Origin: Macrostomum lignano
Taxonomy: Eukaryota
DNA: 64,000 nucleotides
Direction of reading: 5' to 3'
Assembly: GCA_002269645.1 (NCBI GenBank)
Contig: NIVC01000095.1
Location: 570,323 to 634,322 of the forward strand
In this document: piece after piece, positions 36,150 through 49,200 of the stretch
Layout of the letters: each line of letters begins with the position of its first letter
Numbering within the stretch: the first letter of the stretch is position 1
Made by a program: the position numbers and the translations under genes
The notes under the pieces: generated by a model
Databases searched by the model: none
Told to the model about the DNA's origin: nothing
Seen by the model: the letters and a program-made list of their open reading frames with translations, nothing else

Positions 36150-36429
36150 TAATTAAACGCATACCTGCTCCAATCAGGCCAGATTTGCAACCGACAGCTC
36201 AGCCGCAGCTATTGCGCGGCGTATCTGAAGGCTGCGTACGGCTATTCAGTACATAGACTGGGGGCTCGCCACACATGCACAAACACCCTTAATTACCTCA
36301 CCGATATTGCTGGTAATGCAGAGTTAAGTGCCTTGCTCAAGAACGCAAATTGTTCCAGTGGGATCGGGAATCGAAACTCGACATTAAAGTCGGGAGTCCG
36401 ACGCTCTAACCACTAAGGCTACAGCCCCC
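36150..36429 (-). mobile_element. tRNA-derived SINE
   Basis: The minus strand starts GGGGCTGTAGCCTTAGTGGTTAGAGCG with an A box (36421-36410) and B box GTTTCGATTCC (36377-36367). It continues with TCTTGAGCAAGGCACTTAAC and ends in an AT-rich tail. There is no CCA or acceptor stem, so it is not a tRNA gene. Confidence 0.75.
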
Positions 36430-36549
36430 TTAAAAAGTAAGACAAGACTCGTTAGCTGGTAGTTGGGAGTGCCTCTGTCGGTTGCACATCTGGCCTAATT
36501 CATGGGTCGGGTTAATTATGCACATTTTTTATCACGAGTGACTTAAAAT

Positions 36550-36869
36550 CATGGAGGAAAGAATAGAATGGAGTGCTAATCTGAGCCAGTTATTTTTGTC
36601 TCGCTCGATCTTAACTTTTAACATCCCTTCCCCCCCCGTTCTTTCCTATTGGCTTGTGACTGCCATAGACAAAGTATTTTTCGTCTCGTTTTCGTCTTCG
36701 TTCCCCTCTGAAAGGCAAACTATTATTCTTCCCCAGCATACGAGCTCGCATCGAAATATGCTTTCAGCCAATAGGATGGAACGGGGGTAAAGGGATGTTA
36801 AAAGTTAAAATCGAGCGACATAAAAATAACTGGCTCAGATTAGCACTCCATTCTATTCTTTCCTTCATG
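36550..36869. mobile_element. 320-bp MITE with ~90-bp TIRs and an 8-bp TSD
   Basis: CATGGAGGAAAGAATAGAATGGAGTGCTAATCTGAGCCAGTTATTTTT... is the reverse complement of the right arm ending ...TTCTTTCCTTCATG. CTTAAAAT is directly repeated at 36542-36549 and 36870-36877. Confidence 0.9.
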
Positions 36870-39179
36870 CTTAAAATGGCATCCGATCATCGCTCTAAGA
36901 AGTTTTAAGAAGCAGACTTGCATTGACAACAAGAGCCATCATGTTGAGCTGGGACTGACAGGTCTAACAGGGCTAAAACACAGCTGATTAAAAATGGTTT
37001 TAAGAAAACTGCTGTTATATGTAATTCATGTTGTTTGAAGCAAGTACCAAAGATTTTTAAGTAAAAAAATACCACTAAAACAAGTTTTAAGCACGCCATC
37101 CGGGAGAGCTTTCTGGACCACCCTTGTCATGTACACGCAAGTACCCTAACTTCGGCCACAAAGTATTTTTACGATAACAACTATAGCTGGTGGACATAAC
37201 TCTTGAAAAAAATGAAAATTCTTTATTCCCTCAGACTTTGGAAGGCAATTCGTAATCCGTAGTAGCGTTTAGACTTAAATAGACTTGAAAGCTCACAAAC
37301 CAAAGTTCAAGCGAGGTAGAGACATTAAAATGAATATTTTTTATAATTTTAAACTGTTTCATATGTCCTCAAAATACCTTACCAGTGATGATGGTTCGAT
37401 GTGCAATTTTAATGCTTAATTCGTCTTTGTTTTCAATTAATCGAACTTCTCTGAATGCAATTTGCGCAATTTTGCGGATTTAATCCCGCCACCTAACACC
37501 ATGTTCGAATGTAAAAATATGTTTTGCAGCCATTAAAATTTGTATTCTGCATTCCGTGGGGCACTTAAGGCCTTTTGTTAACAATTTTGTCCCGAACATA
37601 AAGTCAAGAAATTAGGTTTAAATTTTGCTTAATTTTTTTTATTGTTTGCACATTATTAAGCACCGCGGCTAAGAACAGCAAGCACTTTAAAGCGAATACA
37701 TGTATTAATTGCGCCCATACCTGTTTATCAGTTCTCGCTACTTTTCAACGCTCTGACCTGTCCTTGCCCGTATGGCGACGTGCAGGATGTCCACAGGATT
37801 GTCGTTACTTTTGCAAAATTTCCGTTTGTCAATAGTGAGCTGTGCATATTTTCTGTAACGGCAAATGCGACAATAAACCGATGTTTAATTAACCCACCCT
37901 TGCGCAGCTACGCGTACATACGAACAAACGTACTGACACTCCTCGTGTCTCGTATTTGCTCGACAAATAACACCTGGATTCGATTTTTACTTTTAATTTC
38001 CTGAAACAATTATCAAGCGGTCGTGGATTGGCAAATCAGCCCAGAATGCGTAGCAACTAATATAAAGTTATAATCCTGTTTGACAGTAAACCTGAAGTCT
38101 ATAGTTTCAGTTTTTCACGGAGGCGCATGGTTGCTTCCCTGTATTTAATCGTGAATAAAGAAGTTCGTATTTGCATAGCAAAAAATACTGATTTTTTCGG
38201 GTTTGAATTAAAGCGACATAAATGTTAGAAGCCAACGCTTTCATTACTGCACATGCAGGGCACTTCTGCACGTGAGAAATCTTCCATGACAAAGTGATTA
38301 AGTAAGTCCTGATAACTGCTGCCTTAAAATGGCTTCATCAAATATGCGTCACGGAATTTTTTGCTTTGAAAAAATCTTTTAAAAAGGATTTATGGCATGG
38401 TTTCTGAAGCCAAAAAAGATGCAGGTAAAAGAAGACTAGCTACATTTCGCTGCTGTGAGATTGCTATAATTTGAGTCCAATTCCAGAGCAAGTTAAAAAT
38501 TGAAATCATATTTCTAAATCAATTTTATTCAAAAATTAGTACTTGCTTTTCTGCTGCATAAACAGCTATATACATGTAGCTATAATGTCTGTAAACAAAA
38601 GCTGAATGTATATCTGCTGTGCTCCATATCAAATAAGGGCTTAATACATTCTTAATTATAGCAGCTTTTAATGAATTCATACAGCTTCTTCACAGTTCAG
38701 TGGAGCTAAGTATAGCTGTGGTCATGCTAGTTCAGCCTGTAAGGACATCTCAAATAATCTCACACAAAAGTTTTAGCTGCATGATGGCTCTTTTAATGGA
38801 GACGCAATCGAAGATTCCAAGGTTGGGCCATAGACATAGCTTTAGAGCCATGCATGCTATCGATCAACTTTGGACAAGCAAACTCAGCCAAAAAATGCAG
38901 GCTTAATTCCTTGATTCAGGTCAACCGAATCGATCTGATCATTCTGTTTTCCGAATAAAACTAGCAACAAAAGCGATCAAGTTCCAAGGCGCTTTTAGTC
39001 TCTGTGTAGGACATGCAGACGCAGCGAATTCAGCACTCAAAAATTGTAAATGCATGGCCGGCCAAGGAAGCCTCTATGCACACGAATGTCTAATAGCGTT
39101 GCTGAACGAGCAAGCCGTGTGCTTTTATCAATTGTTAATCCATAGACATCAGCTAGCGTGCAGCAATATACATGTAGGA

Positions 39180-39469
39180 TTGAGTAGTATTGTAACACGA
39201 TATATATTTCTCGTGCACTAAATGACTTCAGCCAATACGCGATCACGAGCCATTTAAGCACGCTTTTACGCTCGCATTTTTCCCATATGGTACGTACATG
39301 TACTTACTGGCTCCATCGGCGTATTGTTACACGATATAAATGTGTAAAAGCGCGCATAAAACGCTAAATTGTAAGCACGCTAAAAGCGTGCTTAAATGGT
39401 TCGTGATCGCGTATTGGCTGGAGCATTTAATGCACGAGAAATATATTATCGTGTTACAATACTACTCAA
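39180..39469. mobile_element. MITE-like ~90-bp inverted repeat
   Basis: TTGAGTAGTATTGTAACACGAT...CAGCCAATACGCGATCACGAGCCATTTAAGCACGCTTTTA (39180-39268) pairs with 39377-39469; no TSD was found. Confidence 0.7.
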
Positions 39470-42400
39470 CACTTGGTTTCTTGCTTAAAACCATATTGAA
39501 TCCTATATTGTATACAAAGGACATATAAGATATATACTGCAGTAGTCCTTGACTGTCTGCAACCTGACTGATAAGCATATTGTTGCGCGCTGAGCAGCAT
39601 TATATATGGTGTTGACAATGTCTCTCCCGTCCATTTAATTTGCGAACAAATTTAACGGTTAATGTAAGTAAAATAACAAAGTTCACAGCTTTTGCAGAAA
39701 TAATAGTCTTTTCGACTTTTTAGTACTTAAAAAATATAACTTTTACAAAATCATTTTACATAAGAGTTAAGTAGATTAATGAACGATCTAAGTATCCATT
39801 GTTTGGTTTTTATTTTTTAAAATAAAACATTCTTAGAAGACACTCTTAGAATAGAGTACACTCTTTTAAGTAGTTGTGTGACTTGCACTGACACTGATTT
39901 GTGTCTACATGTGTCTCATACAAGTAACTCGTTTGTTGTTATTTATTCCGTTACTGTGTCAAAAATAAATGACAAGACAACTTAAATCATGGTATGTCTA
40001 AGTCACCATATAGGGCCTAATAAAACATGTCACTTTAATACAAAGCTGCGACATTAACATTGTTGGTAATTTTACGCTATTCCCTTATTCCAGTATATAG
40101 CTATATTTCAGAGTTTTTGTAGCTAGCTACTCTCAGTCTTAGTAATTTGTCGCATTAATACAACTAATAAAGTAATATTTAGTCCTATAAAAAATGTAGG
40201 AATAATTGGGTTTTCTTATTATACCCTGTTTACGAAATAGAAAATTACTCACTTATTCCTAATCCTGATTCTAGCTCCAGGAAAGTAGGTTCTTTAGAAA
40301 TTAAAAGAGTTGCTTTTATAAGAGTTGCCTTTAATAGCCTTTTGCAGAATACTAATAATAGGCCTACTAGGGGCCTAATAGGAAAAGGACAAATTGTAAG
40401 GGATAACCTGGACAACTAATAAACAAAAGGAAACTTGTGGGCATATAATAACTAAGCTTTTTGATACATATAATTTATAATGGTAGACTATATAGAGGGC
40501 TTATAAAATACACTTGTCTTTAGGCCAATAAAAAGTCAATATTTAGTAGGCTTTAGCCTTGCTTTGGTCTACAAGATGTTATAAATATAATCTTAAATTG
40601 CCTAATGAGAATTTTTCACATCTTTCTATACTTGTAATCATTTAAGGCCTTAATTACTAGCATAACATTCCTATTTATTACTTACTTAGACTACCTAGCA
40701 AACAAATTAATGTTTGGTTCTTTTTTGCATTTATGTTTTTATAAATCTAGTCTTTCAAGATTGGTTTCTTGTAGTTTATTCAATTTATTTTGTATGCAGC
40801 TAAATATGAAATAAAAATTTTATACTAAACAATCACTTAACTATCTAAATCAATTTCCTATTTAGTATTTGTCTTTTTTACATGAAATTTTGTTTTTTTA
40901 GTTGTAATTAACATTTAGCCCTAGGTATAAAAAGTTCTAACTAAAATAGAAATGAGTATAACTGTATAAGTATAATAAAAGAATATATAATTATCAGCTT
41001 ATCAGCTTCATCTTAATTCCCTATAACTATATAAACTTTTAATAACTATTTAAAGTGCTTAGCCACTTTGAAACTTTATACTTTTAAATAAACTAAAATA
41101 CATTTTTATAAATGTATAAGTTATTATATTATACTCCAAGATGGAATTCTTGCACAAAAATTGCAACACATTTTTGTGTTTGGGAAAAAATTGCGAAAAA
41201 TTACACAACGCAAAAAAAATTGCACACCTATACAGACTGCAAAAAATGCGACAAAAATTGTGAATTTTTTTGCGACTGTTTGCACAGTTTAAATTACTGG
41301 CTTTACTGTATTAAATGTAGAATTATTACAAAAACGTAACATTTATAGTTCGTTATTTACAAACTGTTCAAATAAAAAATTTTCTACTTAAAGAAACAAA
41401 GATAATCAGTCTAATATTTATTGTAACGAGTCGTCAAAAAATGAGAGTATGAGACTATCGCAAAAAATTATTTTGACAATTGGTAATGCTAAAAATTGTG
41501 CCATTAAATTTTGTTTTAGATTGTAAAAATTGTGTTTGGTTCAGTATGGAATTGCGCATTGATAAAAAGTCGCAATTTTCCATTTTATATGCCAGATGCA
41601 AGAATTCTATGCTGGATGATACTTATAGAAGCATAGCAGTGATTACAAATAAATATCTTTTAATGTTGATAAAATAAATAATTATTAAGCATTTTAAAGT
41701 TTCTATTATTTAGCAAGAAAAGAAGCTATCAATAATGCTTTATAAATATTATAAAATATATCTGTAATATTCAATGCCTATCAACTTGATTGCATTCCCT
41801 AATAAGTCTTCACTTTGCACCTGGTATCTAGTGTGTCTAAGAAAATTTGGCAAGTGCAATGTAAGCAGATGTATACATTCATTCAGTGGCAATATTAATA
41901 TGGGTTATATGCTCATATGAAATCTAAGATTAGTGGCTAAGATGATAAGATGAATCTTTAAATTCTTTGCCACCTCTCTCTAGGGGGGGGGGGGTATAAA
42001 CTACATTGTCAATCACAGCGCAGCCTATTTGGAGCCTAGCTGTGAATGTCATGGAAGATTGATGCCTTGCTGCACACTAGGACTAGACCACTGGCTGATA
42101 GCAGACTAATTAGATGAGAAGTTGTTTGTCTATCTAAATAAAATTATAGTTACTCCCACCATTTACCTTGTTGCACATGCACATAACTTTCTCTTTTGCA
42201 TGGAAGTGCCAAAGCCACTTTTTCCTATAGGCTAGTATATGTGCAAACCTTTGAAGTATCATTGTGTGTCGCCTGTAGCTTTTTTGATTCTATTCCAATA
42301 GGGATTATCTTTTCATTCTTTTTTCTCCTTTTACCCCCTCCTCTCCTCTCTTCTCGTGAAGTCAAGGTAACTCCTGAAAGCCCCCTAAATTTTTTGCAGT

Positions 42401-42971
42401 CTAGCCTTTGTTGATAGTGGCAAATGCTGGATGGCCTCATTGGCTTCATTCATCTTTACTCAGGCCCCAATATCCCAACCACAAAGTGCATATGGTGTTA
42501 AAAATCTGTGCTTTAGTCCCCAACCCCAGGGACTTGAGAGCTCACCTCAGAAGCTTTGAAACTGCATGGCAACATTCATTAATTTTTTTAACTTTTCTAC
42601 TCTACTCCCACCCATCAAACCCATGGCTCAGATGGTCTCAAGTCTTCCAAGTTATTGATGGCCTAGGGAGCTAGTCAGCTAGATATGGAAAATATGTGTT
42701 CCCATAACTGTATCTGTATCCATATGTTCTGTCTAAAAGCTTCATATCCATAACTAAATCTGTAGCTGTAGCCTGTATCCTGTTCATGTAAAATGTATTA
42801 TAAATCCTATGCTTAATAATTTCTTATAGTCATAATACTTGTCATCACAGTCAGTCTTTAATATTATGTGTTACATGTTAAATATAGAATAGGTATAATA
42901 TCTGTTCAATCTACAAAGTCAGATTTATCTGCGTTTCAGTCCAGGTTGCCAACTTCAAGCACAGCCACCCA

Positions 42972-45955
42972 ATGGAGTACTGGGGGCTTAATAAAATTAT
43001 TCGCCATACTGACCTACTGGCAACTGCACTTCTAATAGTTACTATAGTAGAATTTAGACCAGCACTGTGCCAACAAGCTCTAGATCTTAATGCACAGAAC
43101 CTATTGGCAGTGGAACTTTTGCAACCATCTGACGCGGCAACAGTAGCAGCAGTTCATGGCTGTCAAGTCGTTCGACATTTAAATCTTATCAACCATTTCG
43201 CCTTGATGCGGTGCAGTCGGTTAGGAATCAATAAAAAATATAAGAATAATGATAATACTACTAATCGAATAACACATCGAATCCGTCGACACGCTTTAGT
43301 AGTTTGGGCCGAGCCTCAAGTTGCTAAGCAACGAGTGAAGCGAGATTTCGGTACCACCATCAGTGCGGATTATTTATTTTTTAACGATCCGTTCTATTCT
43401 CAACAGTGGTATTTACAGTCTGGAGCATTGGGCGGCCACGATCTGGATGTGAGGTCAGTCTGGTCTATGGGCTACAGTGGCAAAGGACTTGTTGTTAGCA
43501 TACTGGACGATGGCATTGAGCATTGGCATAGCGATCTTAAGGACAACTATGACCCGGATGCTAGCTACGATATTAATGGTCACGATGCAGATCCGGCACC
43601 TAGGGACACGCCTACTAATGTGAATCGGTTAGTGAATATTATTTAGTTATTGATTAACATCTGGGATACCAGAGTAAATTTTCTAATCAATTTCATAGAT
43701 AGATACGGACAAACCATTTTTAGTATAGTGGATGGACTAGCAATCTGCGCCCCCCGTTGCGTTTTTTGAGTAAACTACATATAGGTTTTGGCCTTGTACA
43801 GTTTCGCTAGTATACTAAGGAAATTGATGTTTAAAGCAACAAAGCATCTGCCCTGAAAGCCAGCCATGGCTTAACCCAACTCTCCATGTCATCTGCTTTT
43901 GGCTTGGCCTTACCGTTACCAACAACTTAGGAACGGGTTTGGCAACTCCCCTCCTCCATAAGCCACAGCATTTCAGCAATCCCCTCAGGAGTTTTGGCAC
44001 CTCAGAAATTCCCCTCCCCGTGAGCAACTCTCAGCAATCCCCCCATTTGAGTCCTTGCCAATCTAAGCAATTCCTCCCCATTTGAGTCCTTGCCAATCTG
44101 AGCATTTCCTCCCCATTTGAGTCCTTGCCAATCTGAGAATTCCCCCCCCCATTTGAGTCCTTGCCAATCTGAGCATTTCCTCCCCATTTGAGTCCTTGCC
44201 AATCTGAGAATTCCCCCCCCCCATTTGAGTCCTTGCCAATCTGAGCATTTCCTCCCCATTTGAGTCCTTGCCAATCTGAGCAATTCCTCCCCATTTGAGT
44301 CCTTGCCAATCTGAGCAATTCCTCCCCATTTGAGTCCTTGCCAATCTGAGCAATTCCTCCCCATTTGAGTCCTTGCCAATCTGAGCAATTCCTCCCCATT
44401 TGAGTCCTTGCCAATCTGAGCATTTCCTCCCCATTTGAGTCCTTGCCAATCTGAGAATCCCCCCCCATTTGAGTCCTTGCCAATCTGAGAATTCCCCCCC
44501 ATTTGAGTCCTTGCCAATCTGAGAATTCCCGCCCCCCATTTGAGTCCTTGCCAATCTGAGCAATTCCTCCCCATTTGAGTCCTTGCCAATCTGAGCATTT
44601 CCTCCCCATTTGAGTCCTTGCCAATCTGAGAATCCCCCCCCATTTGAGTCCTTGCCAATCTGAGAATTCCCCCCCCATTTGAGTCCTTGCCAATCTGAGC
44701 AATTCCTCCCCATTTGAGTCCTTGCCAATCTGAGCAATTCCTCCCCATTTGAGTCCTTGCCAATCTGAGCAATTCCTCCCCATTTGAGTCCTTGCCAATC
44801 TGAGCAATTCCTCCCCATTTGAGTCCTTGCCAATCTGAGCAATTCCTCCCCATTTGAGTCCTTGCCAATCTGAGCAATTCCTCCCCATTTGACTCCTTGA
44901 CAATTTGAGTAATCCCCCCATTTGAGTCCTCGACAATCTGAGTAATTCCCCCACTCAAATTCCCCCACATAAGAAGCCTTGCTAATATGAGCAAATAAAA
45001 CACGGGATCTGCTGAGCACTGCATTTTTACTAGTGCAGTTGTATCGCATTGTTATTTCCGCCATACCGCAGTCACGGCACCCGCTGCGCTGGTGAAGTGG
45101 CCGCCACGGCTAACAACGGAGTCTGCTCTGTCGGCATCGCCTTTGACGCTCGAATTGGGGGTGAGTGGACAGCCAGGGCCGTTAGGGTGACCTCAGCTCA
45201 TCGCTCAGTCATTGAACTCTTGACTCCAGTTCACCCTTCTCCTCTCGCAGGCGTCAGGATGCTGGACGGCCCCATCACGGACAGTGTGGAAGCAGAGTCG
45301 CTAAGCCACAATCAGGGCCACATTGACATTTATTCAGCGTCCTGGGGTCCGGACGATGATGGCCGGACAGTGGACGGGCCTGGCCGGTTGGCTAAACAGG
45401 CTTTTCTGAAGGGCGTCAGTTCGGTGAGTGCGTTTGTGTTGCAGTGTTGGGGATTTTGTTATCTAATGTATTTTTGGTAGCATTGGCTGGTTGCGTTCGT
45501 TGATTCTTTAATAGAAAATTATTATCAAATCGATTTATCTTTTGATTAATTCATTTGATTGGTTAATTGATTGACTGATTGATTCATTTTTAATTAATTA
45601 ATTGATTGATTGATTTTTTATTAATTTATTTATTAATTTGTTTGATTAATTGATTGGTTGCAGATTGATTGATTGATTTATTGTATAATGGATTGATTGA
45701 TTGAACTGATTGATTGAATAATTGATTGTTCGATTGATTGAATTGATTGATTGAATAATGAATTGATTGATTGAACTGATTGATTGGTTGAACTGATTGA
45801 TTGGTTGAACTGATTTATTGATTGAACTGATTTATTGAATAATGGATTGATTGATTGATTGAACTGATTTATTGAATAATGGATTGATTGATTGATTGAA
45901 CTGATTTATTGAATAATGGATTGATTGATTGATTGAACTGATTGATTGGATAATG

Positions 45956-45987
<32 letters not shown>

Positions 45988-46119
45988 AACTGATTGTTTG
46001 ATTGATCGATTGATTGATTGATTGATTGAATAATGGATTGTTTGATTGATTGATTGATTGATTGATTAACTGATTGTTTGATTGATCGATTGATTGATTG
46101 ATTGATTGATTGAATAATG

Positions 46120-46158
<39 letters not shown>

Positions 46159-46219
46159 CGATTGATTGATTGAATAATGGATTGATTGATCGATTGATTG
46201 ATTGATTGATTGAATAATG

Positions 46220-46255
<36 letters not shown>

Positions 46256-49200
46256 AACTGATTGTTTGATTGATCGATTGATTGATTGATTGATTGAATA
46301 ATGGATTGATTGATTGATTGATTGATTTTTTATTAACTAATTGATTGATTGATTGAATATTGGATTGTTCGATTGATCGAATTAATTTATTGAACAATTG
46401 ATTGATCGATTGATTGAATTGATTGATTGAATAATAGATTGTTCGATTGATTGAATGATTTTTTATTAACTAATTTATTGATTGATTGATTTAAAAAATA
46501 ATTATTCGAATGGAAATACAAAGTATCTTGAAGTTTTGACCGTACATATTCAATAGAATAATCGAAATATTTACTGATGAGAAATAGATTCAATATAAAT
46601 GATGGATACATAAAAACTATTGAATATACATCATATTCACTAAAGTTTACAAGTAAACAGACCAGCAGTGTGATTACCTTTAACTGCATTTTATGGTGCC
46701 GTTGCCTTCACACATCAATTTTAAATTGGGTTTCCCTGCCACAATTCAATAGTTCCAATTGGAATGCACTGGGCTTGCCCTCATCCTGTCTATATAGTGC
46801 TGCTTCTAAATAATTAATGACTAATTTTATGTAGGCAATATAGTAGTCACTTGTACTTGGCTGCAGTCATTGTGCAATGCAACTTCATGTATTGAGTTTT
46901 TGTTGCTCATAAAGTTACTTCTATTGTGGGTATAGTTTTACTAGGCAGTTCTACTCATCTACGCAGTGTGTTCTACCCCTGTCCATCAGTGTGTTCTACC
47001 CCTGTCCATCAGTGTGTTCTACCCCTGTCCATCAGTGTGTTCTACCCCTGTCCATCAGTGTGTTCTACCCCTGTCTATCAGTGTGTTCTACCCCTGTCCA
47101 TTAGTGTGTTCTACCCCTGTCCATCAGTGTGTTCTACCCCTGTCCATCAGTGTGTTCTACCCCTGTCCATCAGTGTGTTCTACCCCTGTCCATCAGTGTG
47201 TTCTACCCCTGTCCATCAGTGTGTTCTACCCCTGTCCATCAGTGTGTTCTACCCCTGTCCATCAGTGTGTTCTACCCCTGTCCATCAGTGTGTTCTACCC
47301 CTGTCCATCAGTGTGTTCTACCCCTGTCCATCAGTGTGTTCTACCCCTGTCCATCAGTGTGTTCTACCCCTGTCTATCAGTGTGTTCTACCCCTGTCCAT
47401 CAGTGTGTTCTACCCCTGTCCATCAGTGTGTTCTACCCCTGTCCATCAGTGTGTTCTACCCCTGTCCATCAGTGTGTTCTACCCCTGTCCATCAGTGTGT
47501 TCTACCCCTGTCTATCAGTGTGTTCTACCCCTGTCCATCAGTGTGTTCTACCCCTGTCCATCAGTGTGTTCTACCCCTGTCCATCAGTGTGTTCTACCCC
47601 TGTCCATCAGTGTGTTCTACCCCTGTCCATTAGTGTGTTCTACCCCTGTCCATCAGTGTGTTCTACCCCTGTCCATCAGTGTGTTCTACCCCTGTCCATC
47701 AGTGTGTTCTACCCCTGTCCATCAGTGTGTTCTACCCCTGTCCATCAGTGTGTTCTACCCCTGTCCATCAGTGTGTTCTACCCCTGTCCATCAGTGTGTT
47801 CTACCCCTGTCCATCAGTGTGTTCTACCCCTGTCCATCAGTGTGTTCTACCCCTGTCCATCAGTGTGTTCTACCCCTGTCTATCAGTGTGTTCTACCCCT
47901 GTCCATCAGTGTGTTCTACCCGTGTCCATCAGTGTGTTCTACCCTTGTCTATCAGTGTGTTCTACCCCTGTCCATCAGTGTGTTCTACCCCTGTCCATCA
48001 GTGTGTTCTACCCCTGTCCATCAGTGTGTTCTACCCCTGTCCATCAGTGTGTTCTACCCCTGTCCATCAGTGTGTTCTACCCCTGTCCATCAGTGTGTTC
48101 TACCCCTGTCCATCAGTGTGTTCTACCCCTGTCCATCAGTGTGTTCTACCCCTGTCTATCAGTGTGTTCTACCCCTGTCCATCAGTGTGTTCTACCCCTG
48201 TCCATCAGTGTGTTCTACCCCTGTCCATCAGTGTGTTCTACCCCTGTCCATCAGTGTGTTCTACCCCTGTCCATCAGTGTGTTCTACCCCTGTCTATCAG
48301 TGTGTTCTACCCCTGTCCATTGGTGTGTTCTACCCCTGTCCATCAGTGTGTTCTACCCCTGTCCATCAGTGTGTTCTACCCCTGTCCATCAGTGTGTTCT
48401 ACCCCTGTCCATCAGTGTGTTCTACCCCTGTCCATCAGTGTGTTCTACCCCTGTCCATCAGTGTGTTCTACCCCTGTCCATCAGTGTGTTCTACCCCTGT
48501 CCATCAGTGTGTTCTACCCCTGTCCATCAGTGTGTTCTACCCCTGTCCATCAGTGTGTTCTACCCCTGTCCATCAGTGTGTTCTACCCCTGTCTATCAGT
48601 GTGTTCTACCCCTGTCCATTAGTGTGTTCTACCCCTGTCCATCAGTGTGTTCTACCCCTGTCCATCAGTGTGTTCTACCCCTGTCCATCAGTGTGTTCTA
48701 CCCCTGTCCATCAGTGTGTTCTACCCCTGTCCATCAGTGTGTTCTACCCCTGTCCATCAGTGTGTTCTACCCCTGTCCATCAGTGTGTTCTACCCTACCC
48801 CTGTCCATCAGTGTGTTCTACCCCTACCCCTGTCCATCAGTGTGTTCTACCCCTGTCCATTAGTGTGTTCTACCCCTGTCCATCAGTGTGTTCTACCCCT
48901 GTCCATCAGTGTGTTCTACCCTGTCCATCAGTGTGTTCTACCCCTGTCCATCAGTGTGTTCTACCCCTGTCCATCAGTGTGTTCTACCCCTGTCCATCAG
49001 TGTGTTCTACCACTGCCCATCAGTGTGTTCTACCCCTGTCCATCAGTGTGTTCTACCCCTGTCCATCAGTGTGTTCTACCCCTGTCCATCAGTGTGTTCT
49101 ACCCCTGTCCATCAGTGTGTTCTACCCTACCCCTGTCCATCAGTGTGTTCTACCCCTGTCCATCAGTGTGTTCTACCCCTGTCCATCAGTGTGTTCTACC

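Noticed and set aside
36340-36429. Possible tRNA gene
   Set aside because: A and B boxes are present but there is no closing acceptor stem; it continues into a SINE body.
44002-45064. Three ~300-aa minus-strand ORFs
   Set aside because: They are artefacts of the 35-bp intronic minisatellite.
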